Source: an uncultured Prevotella sp.
GTDB lineage: Bacteria; Bacteroidota; Bacteroidia; Bacteroidales; Bacteroidaceae
DNA length: 64,000 nt
Reading direction: 5' to 3'
Assembly: GCA_946998295.1 (NCBI GenBank)
Contig: CAMPYS010000001.1
Span: 35,602 to 99,601 of the forward strand
The position numbers were made by a program, and so were the translations under genes. Shown piece after piece: positions 20,091 through 33,318 of the stretch. A model generated the notes under the pieces. The model was not told where the DNA came from, searched no databases, and saw nothing but the letters and a program-made list of their open reading frames with translations. Numbering within the stretch: position 1 is the stretch's first letter; the number at the start of each line of letters is the position of its first letter.

Positions 20091-23000
20091 ATGAGACAAT
20101 TTAAAATCATTGACAATGCTTTTGGTTGGATTACATTTTTAATAGCAGCTTTTGTTTATTGCTCTACTATAGAACCAACTGCAAGTTTTTGGGACTGTCC
20201 AGAGTTTATAACATCTGCATACAAGCTTGAAATAGGGCATCCTCCTGGGGCACCTTTTTTTGCTCTTACAGCTAACTTCTTATCTCTGTTTGTGGATAAT
20301 CCTTCAAATGTAGCACGAATGGTTAATACAATGAGTGCATTATTGTCTGCTACATGTATAATGTTTTTATTTTGGACTATCAGCCATTTAGCCAGAAGGT
20401 TAATTATAAAAGATGAATCAAAAGAGATCAGTGTATCAAAAATAATTGCAATAGAGGGGGCAGCTATAGTTGGTGCTCTTATATATACTTTTAGCGATAC
20501 TTTTTGGTTTTCTGCTGTTGAAGGGGAGGTATATGCATATTCATCTGCATTTACTGCAATAGTTTTTTGGTTAATATTAAAGTGGGAAAATAATGCAGAC
20601 AAACAAAATTCTGATAGATGGATTGTCCTAATTGCATATATGATAGGTCTATCTATAGGAGTGCATTTATTAAACTTACTTTGTATACCAGCGATAGTAC
20701 TAATATATTACTACAGAAAAAATCCAAATGCCGATCTCAAAGGTTCAATAATTGCTCTAATTGTCTCTATTTTATTATTAACTTTAATATTATATGGAAT
20801 AGTACCTGGTATAGTTAAGGTAGGCGGCTTCTTTGAACTGTTTTTTACAAATTCTTTAGGTTTTCCTTTCAATACAGGAACTATAATTTATATTATATTA
20901 TTAGTAGCCTCATTTATTTGGGCTATATTAGAAACACATAGACAAACAAGTTTAAAACGTGAAAATATAGCTTTTTTGGCATCAATTATATTGATTGGTT
21001 TACCTTTTATAGGAGATGGTTGGACATCTATTATTAGTGCAATAATAATAATCGGTGCATTATTTTTCCTACTTAAATTGAAGAAAGGTAAAACAAATAT
21101 CATAACTTCAAGAATAAAAAATACTGCATTGTTATCAATGTTGATGATTATTATAGGTTATTCCTCTTATGCACTTGTTGTAATAAGATCAACAGAGAAC
21201 CCTCCTATGGATCAAAACTCACCAGAAGATATATTTACTCTTGGAAGATATTTGAGTAGAACACAATACGGAGATTATCCTCTACTCTATGGTAAAGTAT
21301 ATTCAAGTCAGCCCAAAGTAGCTGCAGATGGTGAACATTTTGAAATAAAAGAAGGAGCACCTATATATGAGCGTAAAGAAAAAGAATCTCCAAACGAAAA
21401 AGATTCGTATTTCATAGCACAGCATAAGTATACTCAAGTATATGAACAAAATATGTTCTTCCCTCGAATGTGGGATGAATTACATGCTAAAGATTATGAA
21501 TCTGTAATGGGAGGTATAGAAGGTCGTGAGGAAGACGGTGTAAAGGTGCCAACACAATTAGAAAATCTACAATATTTTATAGGGTATCAATGCAATTTTA
21601 TGTATTGGAGATATTTCTTATGGAACTTTGCTGGACGTCAAAATGATATACAAGGGTTAGGTGAACCAGAGCATGGTAACTGGATAACAGGTATATCTTT
21701 TATTGATAATGCATTGTATGGAGATCAGAACTTGTTACCTGATGAGCTTAAAGCAAATAAGGGGCACAATGTATTCTATTGTCTCCCACTATTATTAGGT
21801 ATTATAGGTCTTGTATGGCAAGCATGGAAAGGTAAAAGAGGAATACAACAATTTTGGGTGATATTTTTCTTGTTCTTTATGACAGGCTTAGCAATAGTTA
21901 TATATATTAATCAAACACCATCTCAACCACGTGAAAGGGATTATGCTTATGCCGGTTCATTCTATGCATACGCTATTTGGTGCGGATTAGGTGTAATGGC
22001 TATATATGAGTGGATTAGTAAGAAAATAAGAATAAATCCTATAATAAGTGCTTCTATTGCTGCTATAGCTTCTATATTAGTTCCAATACAAATGGCATCA
22101 CAAACTTGGGATGATCATGACCGTTCTGGAAGATACACAGCAAGAGATTTTGGTCAAAATTATCTTAACTCGTTACAGGAAAAGGGTAATCCTATTATAT
22201 TTACAAATGCTGATAACGATACATTCCCATTATGGTATAACCAAGATGTAGAAGGCGTAAGAACAGATGCAAGAGTATGTAATCTCTCATATCTGCAAAC
22301 TGATTGGTATATAGATCAAATGAAACGTCCTGCGTATAGTTCTCCGCAAGTTCCTATAAATTGGCCAAGAATAAATTATATAGATGGTACTAATGAGGTT
22401 ATTCAGGTTGATCCTTCTTTAAAAGAACAGGTAAAAGAGCTCTATAAAAATGATTATAAAAATGCTGTTAAGAGTTTTGGCAAAGAGCCTTTTGAACTTA
22501 AAAACGTATTGAAATATTGGGTTCAAAATAAAGATAAAGATATGAGGGTCATACCTACAGATACACTTTATATGACTATAGATAAAAATGCTGTTAAAGA
22601 AAGTAACATGTTGATACCTACTGATAGCATACCTGACAAAATGGTTATTTCACTTGCAGGGAGAAATAAACTATATAAACACGATCTTATGATGTTGGAA
22701 ATGATAGCTAACTGTAATTGGACACGCCCATTATATGTTGCAATAACTGTAGGAAGTGAAAATTTCATGAATCTTTCTAACAACTTTATTCAAGAAGGTC
22801 TTGTTAATAGGATAACTCCATTCAATACTAAAATTTCAATCAATTATGATACTGAAAAGACATATAATATCGTAATGAACAAATTTAAATGGGGAGGTAT
22901 TAGTAAACACGGTATTTATCTTGATGATACTGTTAGAAAAATGTGTTATACACATAGACGTGAATTAGCTACTTTAGCTCTAAATTTAATTGCAGAGGGG

Positions 23001-23372
23001 AAAAAGGAAAAAGCTATTAAGGTTCTTGCAAAAGCAGAAAAAGAAATACCAGCGTATAACATACCGATGAACTTTATGAGTGGAGCAGGCGATATTGCTT
23101 TAGCATATGCACAAGTAGGGCAAAAAGCAAAAGCTCTAAAAATATATAATAAGTTATGGCTTGATGCAAGACAATATCTAAGATATTATCTAAGTCTAAC
23201 TGGTAATAATTTCCAAATGACAGCCAACTCCGCATTAATGAACATACAAATAATGAATAATCTAATATATACTAGTATAACAAAAATAGATAAAAAATGG
23301 GCAAATAGCCATGTAAAAGAATTAAATCAAGTTGTGAATGAATACAAAGCACGAGGTGGTAGATTAGACTAA
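20091..23372 (+). CDS. DUF2723-family large polytopic membrane protein (GT-C/PMT-like putative glycosyltransferase) with C-terminal TPR-like region
   Basis: Length 1093 aa. The N-terminal half is multi-TM (…FWDCPEFITSAYKLEIGHPPGAPFF…). The C-terminal region is soluble and helical. Confidence 0.55.
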   Translation: MRQFKIIDNAFGWITFLIAAFVYCSTIEPTASFWDCPEFITSAYKLEIGHPPGAPFFALTANFLSLFVDNPSNVARMVNTMSALLSATCIMFLFWTISHLARRLIIKDESKEISVSKIIAIEGAAIVGALIYTFSDTFWFSAVEGEVYAYSSAFTAIVFWLILKWENNADKQNSDRWIVLIAYMIGLSIGVHLLNLLCIPAIVLIYYYRKNPNADLKGSIIALIVSILLLTLILYGIVPGIVKVGGFFELFFTNSLGFPFNTGTIIYIILLVASFIWAILETHRQTSLKRENIAFLASIILIGLPFIGDGWTSIISAIIIIGALFFLLKLKKGKTNIITSRIKNTALLSMLMIIIGYSSYALVVIRSTENPPMDQNSPEDIFTLGRYLSRTQYGDYPLLYGKVYSSQPKVAADGEHFEIKEGAPIYERKEKESPNEKDSYFIAQHKYTQVYEQNMFFPRMWDELHAKDYESVMGGIEGREEDGVKVPTQLENLQYFIGYQCNFMYWRYFLWNFAGRQNDIQGLGEPEHGNWITGISFIDNALYGDQNLLPDELKANKGHNVFYCLPLLLGIIGLVWQAWKGKRGIQQFWVIFFLFFMTGLAIVIYINQTPSQPRERDYAYAGSFYAYAIWCGLGVMAIYEWISKKIRINPIISASIAAIASILVPIQMASQTWDDHDRSGRYTARDFGQNYLNSLQEKGNPIIFTNADNDTFPLWYNQDVEGVRTDARVCNLSYLQTDWYIDQMKRPAYSSPQVPINWPRINYIDGTNEVIQVDPSLKEQVKELYKNDYKNAVKSFGKEPFELKNVLKYWVQNKDKDMRVIPTDTLYMTIDKNAVKESNMLIPTDSIPDKMVISLAGRNKLYKHDLMMLEMIANCNWTRPLYVAITVGSENFMNLSNNFIQEGLVNRITPFNTKISINYDTEKTYNIVMNKFKWGGISKHGIYLDDTVRKMCYTHRRELATLALNLIAEGKKEKAIKVLAKAEKEIPAYNIPMNFMSGAGDIALAYAQVGQKAKALKIYNKLWLDARQYLRYYLSLTGNNFQMTANSALMNIQIMNNLIYTSITKIDKKWANSHVKELNQVVNEYKARGGRLD

Positions 23373-23375
23373 AAA

Positions 23376-23996
23376 ATGATAATAGAACAACCTTCAAAAT
23401 GGTTACGTTGGTTATATCCTCATGCGCTTTGGCGACTTGATCCTACAAAACGCAATGTGTATCTTACGTTTGATGATGGACCAATACCTCAAGCCACACC
23501 TTTTATATTAGATACATTAGATGCGTATGATGCAAAAGCAACTTTCTTTATGGTTGGTGATAATGTTAAACGCTATCCAGATCTATTTAAAGAGGTTATA
23601 AAGCGAGGGCATTTAGTAGGAAATCATACATTTCATCATATAGGTTCATTTAAACATTTTACATTGACTTATGCAGCAGATGTTGAAAAGGCTAACAAGC
23701 TAATACATTCGCATTACTTTCGTCCACCTCATGGGTGGCTACGGCATACAGTATATTGGTGGATAAAGCAGCGGTATAGAGTTGTTATGTGGGATTTAGT
23801 TACCAGAGATTATTCAAAATGGTTGACTCCTGATGATGTTTTTAATAATGTAAAGAAATATGCTCGAAATGGCTCTATTATAACTTTTCATGATTCACTT
23901 AAGAGTATTGATAAACTTTATTATGCTTTACCAAAATCATTAGAGTGGCTTAAAAGTGAAGGATATAATTTTAAAACTTTTTCCCCTACCGATTAA
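23376..23996 (+). CDS. polysaccharide deacetylase (CE4/NodB family)
   Basis: LTFDDGP...TFFMVGDNV...GNHTFHH carries the NodB-homology motifs. Lies 4 nt after the DUF2723 gene. Confidence 0.75.
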   Translation: MIIEQPSKWLRWLYPHALWRLDPTKRNVYLTFDDGPIPQATPFILDTLDAYDAKATFFMVGDNVKRYPDLFKEVIKRGHLVGNHTFHHIGSFKHFTLTYAADVEKANKLIHSHYFRPPHGWLRHTVYWWIKQRYRVVMWDLVTRDYSKWLTPDDVFNNVKKYARNGSIITFHDSLKSIDKLYYALPKSLEWLKSEGYNFKTFSPTD

Positions 23997-24103
23997 GAAA
24001 TATTTATTAGGAAGACATAGTTGACATATTTATATCTAAATGGGGCTAAATGTCCAAATAATATAAGAAAATGGTTGTAAAGTTTTGAATAGAAAAAATA
24101 AAA

Positions 24104-24111
24104 TATTAACT
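24104..24111 (+). promoter_or_regulatory. -7 promoter motif TAacTTTG (rho upstream, distal)
   Basis: TAnnTTTG about 95 nt upstream of rho. A small hairpin GTTTCCaatctGGAAAC follows it. Confidence 0.35.
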
Positions 24112-24174
24112 TTGCAACCGTTTTTAAAATTCCCTATGTTTCCAATCTGGAAACAACAATTATCACAAAATTAT

Positions 24175-24182
24175 TAAATTTG
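24175..24182 (+). promoter_or_regulatory. -7 promoter motif TAaaTTTG (rho proximal)
   Basis: Located 21 nt upstream of the ATG at 24203. Confidence 0.4.
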
Positions 24183-24202
24183 CATTCACACATATTTAAT
24201 TT

Positions 24203-26182
24203 ATGTATAGTAAAGAAATCTTATTAAGTAAAGATATTTCCGAATTGGAAAATATCGCAAATGAAATTCAAGCAGAATACAAAAAAAACGATGACAAAGA
24301 AGCTATCATCTATGCCATATTAGACAGACAAGCAATTGATGTAGGTGCAACACATCAGCAGCCTACAAAAAGAAAACGAACAAGAATTGCTAGGAAAGAG
24401 ACAGACAAAGTATATACAGTTAAGGGTAAAGATGGTGAAAACTTTGATTTACAAAAGAACCATGCAAGTACACAAATAGAGCTACCTACTTTATTTAAGG
24501 AATCATCGACTAACACATCTGAGGATAAAATAAAGAATACTATAACGGAGGATAAAAGTAACGATCAAAAAATAGAAAAAATAATAAAAAATGATGATAA
24601 AAAAGAGGTAGATCGCAATACAAATGACGAGGAGAAGAAAGTGTCGCAAGACCTTATAGAGGAAAAAACAGAAATAAAAGATTTGAAACCCACAGGTGAA
24701 AGTGAAGAACCTCAAAAAGAAGTAAAGAAAAATAATCCTGAAAAATCTATAGATTTTATACCTCAGACCCCATTAGAAAAAATGGATAACAAACCTATTT
24801 CAGATAATCAGGATAATATGAAAGACGATCTTAATAATAATCTTATAGATCAGCTACAAACAAAATTATCTAAAAATAATGATATGAATATTTGGGAAGG
24901 TGATCCTGGAGATGGGACAGATTTTATAACTGTAGTAGATATACCTATTGAGGATCAAGGTGCTATTCCTAATTATGATATGTTTGATAGACCACTAAAC
25001 CAACCAAGTCAGCAATATTATAATGATGAAGATGCCCAGCAACAAAATAATACGTATGATTTTTCGGATATAATCAGCGCAAATGGCGTGTTAGAGGTTA
25101 TGCCTGATGGATATGGTTTTTTACGGTCAAGCGATTATAATTACCTTTCATCACCTGATGATATATATGTTTCTGTAAGCCAAATAAAAAATTATGGATT
25201 AAAAACAGGAGATGTTATAGATTGCCATGTGCGTCCACCACATGAAGGAGAAAAATATTTCCCATTGACAACTATCGATAAAATTAATGGGAGACTTCCT
25301 GAAGAAGTTAGAGATCGAGTAGCCTTTGAACACTTGACTCCTCTTTTTCCAAATGAGAAATTTACATTATGTAAGGATTCAAAAACAACAAATCTATCAA
25401 CGCGAATAGTTGATTTATTTTCACCAATAGGTAAAGGACAACGTGCTTTAATAGTTGCTCAACCAAAAACAGGTAAAACAATCTTGATGAAAGACATTGC
25501 TAATGCAATAGCTGCTAACCATCCTGAAGCTTATTTAATGATGTTGTTAATTGATGAACGTCCCGAAGAAGTTACAGATATGGCCAGGACTGTTAATGCG
25601 GAAGTTATAGCATCAACATTTGATGAACCAGCAGAACGCCATGTGAAAATAGCAGGTATTGTACTTGAAAAGGCGAAGCGAATGGTTGAATCAGGCCACG
25701 ATGTTGTAATATTCCTTGATTCCATCACCAGACTTGCTAGGGCATATAATACAGTTGCACCTGCGTCAGGAAAAGTTCTTACTGGTGGTGTTGATGCTAA
25801 TGCACTGCAAAAGCCCAAGCGATTTTTTGGCGCGGCAAGAAATATAGAAAATGGAGGTTCATTGACAATAATAGCAACTGCTTTAATTGATACTGGCTCT
25901 AAGATGGATGAAGTTATTTTTGAAGAATTTAAGGGTACAGGTAATATGGAATTACAACTTGATAGAACATTAAGTAATAAACGAATATTCCCAGCTGTAA
26001 ATTTAGTACAATCTAGTACACGTCGTGATGATTTATTGCAGGATAAAACTACCATTGATCGTATGTGGATACTTCGTAAATATATCGCAGATATGAACCC
26101 TATAGAGGCAATGAACGCTATACATTCTAGATTGCAAAATACAAGAAGTAATGAAGAATTCCTAATTTCAATGAATAGCTAA
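24203..26182 (+). CDS. rho: transcription termination factor Rho with ~250-aa low-complexity N-terminal extension
   Basis: C-terminal RecA-like core: [41 protein letters not shown]. The N-terminal region is K/E/D/N-rich. Confidence 0.9.
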   Translation: MYSKEILLSKDISELENIANEIQAEYKKNDDKEAIIYAILDRQAIDVGATHQQPTKRKRTRIARKETDKVYTVKGKDGENFDLQKNHASTQIELPTLFKESSTNTSEDKIKNTITEDKSNDQKIEKIIKNDDKKEVDRNTNDEEKKVSQDLIEEKTEIKDLKPTGESEEPQKEVKKNNPEKSIDFIPQTPLEKMDNKPISDNQDNMKDDLNNNLIDQLQTKLSKNNDMNIWEGDPGDGTDFITVVDIPIEDQGAIPNYDMFDRPLNQPSQQYYNDEDAQQQNNTYDFSDIISANGVLEVMPDGYGFLRSSDYNYLSSPDDIYVSVSQIKNYGLKTGDVIDCHVRPPHEGEKYFPLTTIDKINGRLPEEVRDRVAFEHLTPLFPNEKFTLCKDSKTTNLSTRIVDLFSPIGKGQRALIVAQPKTGKTILMKDIANAIAANHPEAYLMMLLIDERPEEVTDMARTVNAEVIASTFDEPAERHVKIAGIVLEKAKRMVESGHDVVIFLDSITRLARAYNTVAPASGKVLTGGVDANALQKPKRFFGAARNIENGGSLTIIATALIDTGSKMDEVIFEEFKGTGNMELQLDRTLSNKRIFPAVNLVQSSTRRDDLLQDKTTIDRMWILRKYIADMNPIEAMNAIHSRLQNTRSNEEFLISMNS

Positions 26183-26244
26183 ATATTGATACGCATAGGG
26201 TATAATATAAAAGATAATTTACAAAATTTTAATATAAGAAATAG

Positions 26245-27873
<1,629 letters not shown>

Positions 27874-27958
27874 TATTAAACTGACATTAAGACAAGTTTT
27901 TATTAATTGGCACATTATTTGTTAAATTAAGTGTAAACAAATAAGATGATAAGCTATT

Positions 27959-28558
27959 ATGAAAAAGAAGAAAGAAAAAGAAAATATAAGTGAGACTGAA
28001 GATATTGAAGCTACTTCTATTAATGGCGAAGATAGTGTAGATGAGCAAACCTCTGAGAATAGTATCAAAGATAGCGAAACTTCAGATTCTGAACAAAATA
28101 AAGAAAAGGTAGACAATCAAGAAGAAAAATCAGAAGACGATAAAGATATATGGAAAGATAAATATATACGACTATATGCAGAATTTGAGAATTATAAAAA
28201 ACGAACTCTTAAAGAAAAAACCGAATTAATATTAAATGGTAGCGAAAAGACTATAACTGCTATATTACCAGTATTAGATGATTTTGAGCGTGCATTAGAT
28301 AATAAAGCAGATAACATCGATTCGATAAAAGAGGGATTTGAACTTATTCTTAAAAAATTTATTAAATCTCTTGAGACACTTGGTGTCCGTAAAATAAATA
28401 CTGATAATCAAGATTTTAATGTTGATTATCACGAAGCAATTGCTATGGTGCCAGGTGTCGAAGATGATAAAAAAGGTAAAATAATTGATTGCGTACAAAC
28501 TGGCTACACTCTAAACGATAAGGTTATTAGACACGCTAAGGTAGCTGTTGGTCAATAA
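27959..28558 (+). CDS. grpE: nucleotide exchange factor GrpE
   Basis: Acidic N-terminus and the GrpE core (YIRLYAEFENYKKRT…ILPVLDDFERAL…). Adjacent to dnaJ. Confidence 0.85.
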   Translation: MKKKKEKENISETEDIEATSINGEDSVDEQTSENSIKDSETSDSEQNKEKVDNQEEKSEDDKDIWKDKYIRLYAEFENYKKRTLKEKTELILNGSEKTITAILPVLDDFERALDNKADNIDSIKEGFELILKKFIKSLETLGVRKINTDNQDFNVDYHEAIAMVPGVEDDKKGKIIDCVQTGYTLNDKVIRHAKVAVGQ

Positions 28559-28604
28559 TAATAAACAATCAAATCTAATTTAGTAGGGAGCTATAGGGAT
28601 AAAA

Positions 28605-29762
28605 ATGGCAAAAAGAGATTATTACGAAGTATTAGGTGTAGATAAAAATGCATCATCTAACGATATAAAAAAAGCATATAGAAAACTTGCAATAAAGTAT
28701 CATCCTGACAGAAATCCAGGTGATTCAAAGGCTGAAGAAAAATTTAAAGAGGCTGCAGAAGCATATAGTGTGCTAAATGACCCAGAGAAACGTAAGCAGT
28801 ATGACCAATTTGGATTTGACTCTCCTGGAGGGTTTGGAGGTGGAAGCCCATTTGGAAGTGGTTCTTTTTCAATGGACGATATTTTTTCAATGTTTGGAGA
28901 TGTCTTTGGCGGACATAGTGCAAATTTTGGAGGATTTAGCAATAATAGACACAGTACCGCACGATTTAGGGGAAGCGATTTACGTCTTAAAGTAAAACTT
29001 TCACTTCAGGAAATAGCAACTGGTGTAACTAAAAAATTCAAGGTACGTAAAGATGTTGTCTGTAATCATTGCCATGGTAGTGGTTGTGAAAACAATAGTG
29101 GAACAGAGACATGTCCTAACTGCCACGGAAGTGGTATGGAAGTACGCACTAAACAAAGTATATTCGGAATAATGCAGACACAAACCACATGCCATGTATG
29201 TGGTGGAGAGGGAAAAATAATCAAAAATAAATGTACCCAATGTCATGGTGAAGGAGTTGTAAAAGGCGAAGAGATTGTTGAAATAAAAATCCCTGCAGGT
29301 GTTGCAGATGGAATGATTGTAACTGAACCAGGAAAGGGGAATGCCGGTAAACATAATGGAATAGCTGGAGACATTCAAGTCTATATAGAGGAAGAAGAGA
29401 ATGAAACATTCATTCGGGATGGACAAAATGTTATATATCATTTGCTACTTGATTTTCCTACTGCAGCATTAGGCGGTGATGTTGAAATTCCTACAATAGA
29501 TGGAACTAAGGTAAAGATAAAAATAGAGCCTGGAACACAGCCTGGAAAAACCCTTAGATTACGCGGTAAAGGACTACCAGCAATACGAGGATATGGTAAT
29601 GGAATTGGAGATCTCATAGTACAAATAACTGTTTATATACCAAAAGAACTAACAAAAGATGAACGAAAAGCAATAGAAGCACTTAGAAAGAGTGAAAATT
29701 TTCAAAGTGGTAATTCCGAAAAACGTTCAATCCTAGAACATTTCAAACATTTATTTAGGTAG
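28605..29762 (+). CDS. dnaJ: molecular chaperone DnaJ
   Basis: J-domain (DYYEVLGV...HPDRN), a G/F region, and four CxxCxGxG zinc-finger repeats. Confidence 0.95.
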   Translation: MAKRDYYEVLGVDKNASSNDIKKAYRKLAIKYHPDRNPGDSKAEEKFKEAAEAYSVLNDPEKRKQYDQFGFDSPGGFGGGSPFGSGSFSMDDIFSMFGDVFGGHSANFGGFSNNRHSTARFRGSDLRLKVKLSLQEIATGVTKKFKVRKDVVCNHCHGSGCENNSGTETCPNCHGSGMEVRTKQSIFGIMQTQTTCHVCGGEGKIIKNKCTQCHGEGVVKGEEIVEIKIPAGVADGMIVTEPGKGNAGKHNGIAGDIQVYIEEEENETFIRDGQNVIYHLLLDFPTAALGGDVEIPTIDGTKVKIKIEPGTQPGKTLRLRGKGLPAIRGYGNGIGDLIVQITVYIPKELTKDERKAIEALRKSENFQSGNSEKRSILEHFKHLFR

Positions 29763-29789
29763 AGAAGATATAATATATATAAAAGAAAA

Positions 29790-31088
29790 ATGACCTACGA
29801 GGAGACAATTGACTATCTATTTAATAGCACCCCTGTTTTTGAACAAGTGGGTGCTTCTGCATATAAAGAGGGTTTAACAAATAGCTATAAGTTAGATAGG
29901 TATTTTAATCATCCACATACAAATTTCCGTTCTATACATATTGCTGGTAGCAATGGGAAAGGTTCATGTTCGCATACATTAGCTGCTATATTACAGGCTG
30001 ACGGATACAAAGTTGGGCTATATACAAGCCCGCATCTAATAGACTTTAGAGAGCGTATAAGAATAAATGGTGAAATGATTTCAAAAAAATATGTAATAGA
30101 TTTTGTTGAAAAGCATAGACACTTTTTTGAACCGTTACACCCATCATTTTTTGAATTGACAACAGCAATGGCTTTTGAATTTTTTGCTGAAAATAGAGTA
30201 GACTTTGCTATAATAGAAGTTGGTTTAGGAGGCCGATTAGATTGTACAAATATTATAAATCCTTTATTATCAATAATAACTAATATCTCGTTTGACCATA
30301 CCCAATTTTTAGGGAATACGTTACCTAAGATTGCATACGAGAAGGCTGGAATAATTAAATCTCATACTCCGGTAATAATAGGTGAATCAACAGAAGAAAC
30401 ACGTCCTGTTTTTGAGGCTAAAGCACAAGAAATGGATTCAATGATAGTATTTGCAGAAGATTTTCCCTTATTAATTTCATCAAAAGATTCTGCTGATGGG
30501 GGACGTATATATTCGACAAAACTATTTGGTGACATAATAGGAGAATTAGGAGGAATATATCAAGATAAAAATACAAATACATTACTTACTGCTATATCTC
30601 ATTTGATTAACTCGAACATAATAAAAAACACAGATAGCATAACTAAAGGATTTGCTAATGTTTCAGAGCTAACTGGATTAATGGGACGATGGCAAACAAT
30701 TAGCAATAATCCCAAAATTATATGTGATACTGGGCATAATGTAGGAGGTTGGCAATATCTATCTAAACAAATAAAATCAATCCCTTGTAAAACTCTAAGG
30801 ATTGTTTTTGGTATGGTTGATGACAAGGATATAGAAACAGTTATGTCCTTACTGCCTATAGATGCAGTCTACTATTGGACACAGCCATCCACAAAACGAG
30901 CTTTTCCTGTAGATAAAGTCTATTCTGTGGGGAAAAAATTGAATCTGAACGGACAGTCTTTTAATAGTGTACGTGAAGCATATATTGCAGCTAAAGGATG
31001 TGCTTCGCCTAATGATTTTATTTTTATAGGAGGATCGAGTTATATAGTTGCAGATCTATTAAATTATATTAATAATCAAACTATTTAG
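29790..31088 (+). CDS. folC: bifunctional folylpolyglutamate synthase / dihydrofolate synthase
   Basis: Mur-ligase-like P-loop IHIAGSNGKGS, with FolC-type middle and C-terminal domains. Confidence 0.8.
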   Translation: MTYEETIDYLFNSTPVFEQVGASAYKEGLTNSYKLDRYFNHPHTNFRSIHIAGSNGKGSCSHTLAAILQADGYKVGLYTSPHLIDFRERIRINGEMISKKYVIDFVEKHRHFFEPLHPSFFELTTAMAFEFFAENRVDFAIIEVGLGGRLDCTNIINPLLSIITNISFDHTQFLGNTLPKIAYEKAGIIKSHTPVIIGESTEETRPVFEAKAQEMDSMIVFAEDFPLLISSKDSADGGRIYSTKLFGDIIGELGGIYQDKNTNTLLTAISHLINSNIIKNTDSITKGFANVSELTGLMGRWQTISNNPKIICDTGHNVGGWQYLSKQIKSIPCKTLRIVFGMVDDKDIETVMSLLPIDAVYYWTQPSTKRAFPVDKVYSVGKKLNLNGQSFNSVREAYIAAKGCASPNDFIFIGGSSYIVADLLNYINNQTI

Positions 31089-31147
31089 CAATTTAATGTG
31101 ATAAATGCAAATTAGGTTTTCATAAATAATAACTTAATATTGATCTA

Positions 31148-31176
31148 CTGGTAAAAAACTACTTGCTTTTTACCAG
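31148..31176. terminator. bidirectional rho-independent terminator (folC + / folK -)
   Basis: Perfect 10-bp stem CTGGTAAAAA / TTTTTACCAG with a 9-nt loop. Flanked by A/T runs on both sides, between convergent genes. Confidence 0.6.
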
Positions 31177-31422
31177 TCATAACGTGTATTTTATGCAAAA
31201 ACTAATTTGTATTTTACAATATTACCTATTTGTCTAATTGCATGTAGGTATAAAGATTTTAATTTTTTATGTGACATAGATAATATATTTAACCTAAAAT
31301 ATTATTTGCAAACATACTATTCAGCAGCGTTAAGTAATACATCTCCATATTTTTAATCATAAGACAGCAACTAATATTCGGAATAAAGTAGTTTTTCTAA
31401 TAAAATATGTACTTATGTATAA

Positions 31423-31779
31423 TTAAAGATTCTCATTTTGTGCTTCTGATAGCCAAATAATTTTTCTCAATTTAACGTTTCCGTAACGTATAAGATCTAT
31501 ATCAATTATCACATTTCCAAAAACATGTTGACTATGGGAATCCCCCATAAGTATTTCTATATGCTTAAGCTTATTGGTAATTTCTGCGATTGATAAGTCT
31601 GAATTAAAAATTGCGATGCAATTTAAATACTTATCAGATTCTACTCCTATAGGGTTAGTCCAACGTTCATATATAAAATCTATGTTGCTAAAAAGTTTTT
31701 GTAATTCCTTTTTAGCTTTATTAATATTAGCAATTTGATTTATATTAGAGCCTAATGTAATGACTATCTCCATACGCAT
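31423..31779 (-). CDS. folK: 2-amino-4-hydroxy-6-hydroxymethyldihydropteridine pyrophosphokinase (HPPK), short form
   Basis: Pattern VITLGSN...IYERWTNPIG...LNCIAIFNSDL...IIDIDLIRYG resembles HPPK motifs (LGSN…YET.P.G…LN.v…RTLDLDIL). Convergent with folC. Confidence 0.5.
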   Translation of the reverse strand: MRMEIVITLGSNINQIANINKAKKELQKLFSNIDFIYERWTNPIGVESDKYLNCIAIFNSDLSIAEITNKLKHIEILMGDSHSQHVFGNVIIDIDLIRYGNVKLRKIIWLSEAQNENL

Positions 31780-31861
31780 GACAAAGATAAAAATAAGTTT
31801 TCAGTTTCCAAAATTGTAGTAATAATTTACTTACTTTCTTTGGTGTTTATTGTAAAAGTAT

Positions 31862-31869
31862 TATATTTG
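31862..31869 (+). promoter_or_regulatory. -7 promoter motif TAtaTTTG
   Basis: Located 23 nt upstream of the ATG at 31892. Confidence 0.45.
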
Positions 31870-31891
31870 CATATATATATTTTTTTTTCCA

Positions 31892-32836
31892 ATGAAGCGG
31901 TTAATTTCTCTTATCCTATTTGCATGTATAAGTAATAATATTATTCTTGGTGGTCTAACTGTTAAATGGAACAAAAACTTTCAAGATTATTTTAATAAAT
32001 ATAGACATCTTGCAATTAAGCAGATGATACGATACCGAATACCAGCAAGCATAACATTAGCCCAAGCTGTATTAGAAAGTAGTGCAGGAAATAGTAAACT
32101 TGCTATATATGGTAATAACCATTTCGGAATCAAGTGTCATGGTTGGGATGGAAGAACTATGACACAAGATGATGATTTGAACAATGAATGTTTTAGGGCG
32201 TATGACACTGTAGAAGATAGTTACGAAGACCATTCAAAATTTTTAGCAACAAGAGAACGCTATCGTAGTTTATTCAGTCTTAATTTTGATGATTATAAGG
32301 GATGGTGTTATGGATTGAAAAAAGCTGGATACGCTACAAATCCCAATTATGCGCAAAAATTAATAGCTTTAATAGAGCTTTATCAACTGTATGAATATGA
32401 CAAGCCGAGTATCTTAGTAGAAAATAGAATAAACAATCCTATTAATAATATTACTACTGTTAAAATAAATATAAGTATACCCAAACCATTACATCGTAAA
32501 TATATTTTTAATGATAATACATATATTGTTGCAAATACTGGAGATACATTTTATCAGATTTCAAAAGAATTCGATATATCTATATCAAAACTTGCACGTT
32601 ATAATGAATGTCCCAAAGATATTATTTTAAATAAGGGGGATATTGTTTGGTTTGGCAAGAAAAAGCATAGAGCGCCTAATTCTTTCCGAGGTCGTCCACA
32701 TATAGTACGCGTAGGCGATAGTTTGTACAGTATATCTCAACTTTATGGTATAAGGCTCAAATATTTAATGAAATTAAATCCGTACATTGTTATGTACGGA
32801 ATAAAAGTAGGTGATATAGTACATCTATATGAATAA
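31892..32836 (+). CDS. peptidoglycan hydrolase: glucosaminidase (FlgJ-like) domain + two LysM domains
   Basis: ITLAQAVLESSAGNSKLAIYGNNHFGIKC glucosaminidase motif. Two C-terminal LysM repeats (YIVANTGDTFYQISKEF… and HIVRVGDSLYSISQLYG…). Confidence 0.75.
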   Translation: MKRLISLILFACISNNIILGGLTVKWNKNFQDYFNKYRHLAIKQMIRYRIPASITLAQAVLESSAGNSKLAIYGNNHFGIKCHGWDGRTMTQDDDLNNECFRAYDTVEDSYEDHSKFLATRERYRSLFSLNFDDYKGWCYGLKKAGYATNPNYAQKLIALIELYQLYEYDKPSILVENRINNPINNITTVKINISIPKPLHRKYIFNDNTYIVANTGDTFYQISKEFDISISKLARYNECPKDIILNKGDIVWFGKKKHRAPNSFRGRPHIVRVGDSLYSISQLYGIRLKYLMKLNPYIVMYGIKVGDIVHLYE

Positions 32837-32845
32837 AAGATACTA

Positions 32846-33298
32846 CTACCTTATGCGATCAGCATCTTTTACTAATTTTTCATCAGCTTTAATAGCACGC
32901 TCGGCTAATCTCACAAAGAATAATGATATAAATGGAAGAAATCCTAACAAGTTAGGATGAAAAGTCTCAAAACGATAAATGTAATGAGATAATATTAAAA
33001 AGGTTGCAATCCAAAGTGCACCTAATATCTTTAACAAATTACAGATCTTAATTTGTCGTTTACGATTTTTATAATCAAATATAGTAAAAATATGGACAGT
33101 TAAAGATAATAATAATATTATAGATAGAGGTGTAACACGGAAATCTTTTATGCCATTAGGATATGCTATATATAAATTAGTTAGTATTCCACTAAACTTC
33201 ATTCCTTCAGGTTCAACATGACCAAAAGGCAGACATAATGATATAAGAAGTAGTATAAAAGATACTAATAGGAATAAACTTTGTTTACGTTGTAACAT
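32846..33298 (-). CDS. small multi-pass membrane protein (DUF4293-like)
   Basis: Four predicted TM helices. Conserved position next to rpoZ-like/bamD in Bacteroidetes. Confidence 0.4.
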   Translation of the reverse strand: MLQRKQSLFLLVSFILLLISLCLPFGHVEPEGMKFSGILTNLYIAYPNGIKDFRVTPLSIILLLSLTVHIFTIFDYKNRKRQIKICNLLKILGALWIATFLILSHYIYRFETFHPNLLGFLPFISLFFVRLAERAIKADEKLVKDADRIR

Positions 33299-33318
33299 AA
33301 TGGTAATAATATAGGTTA

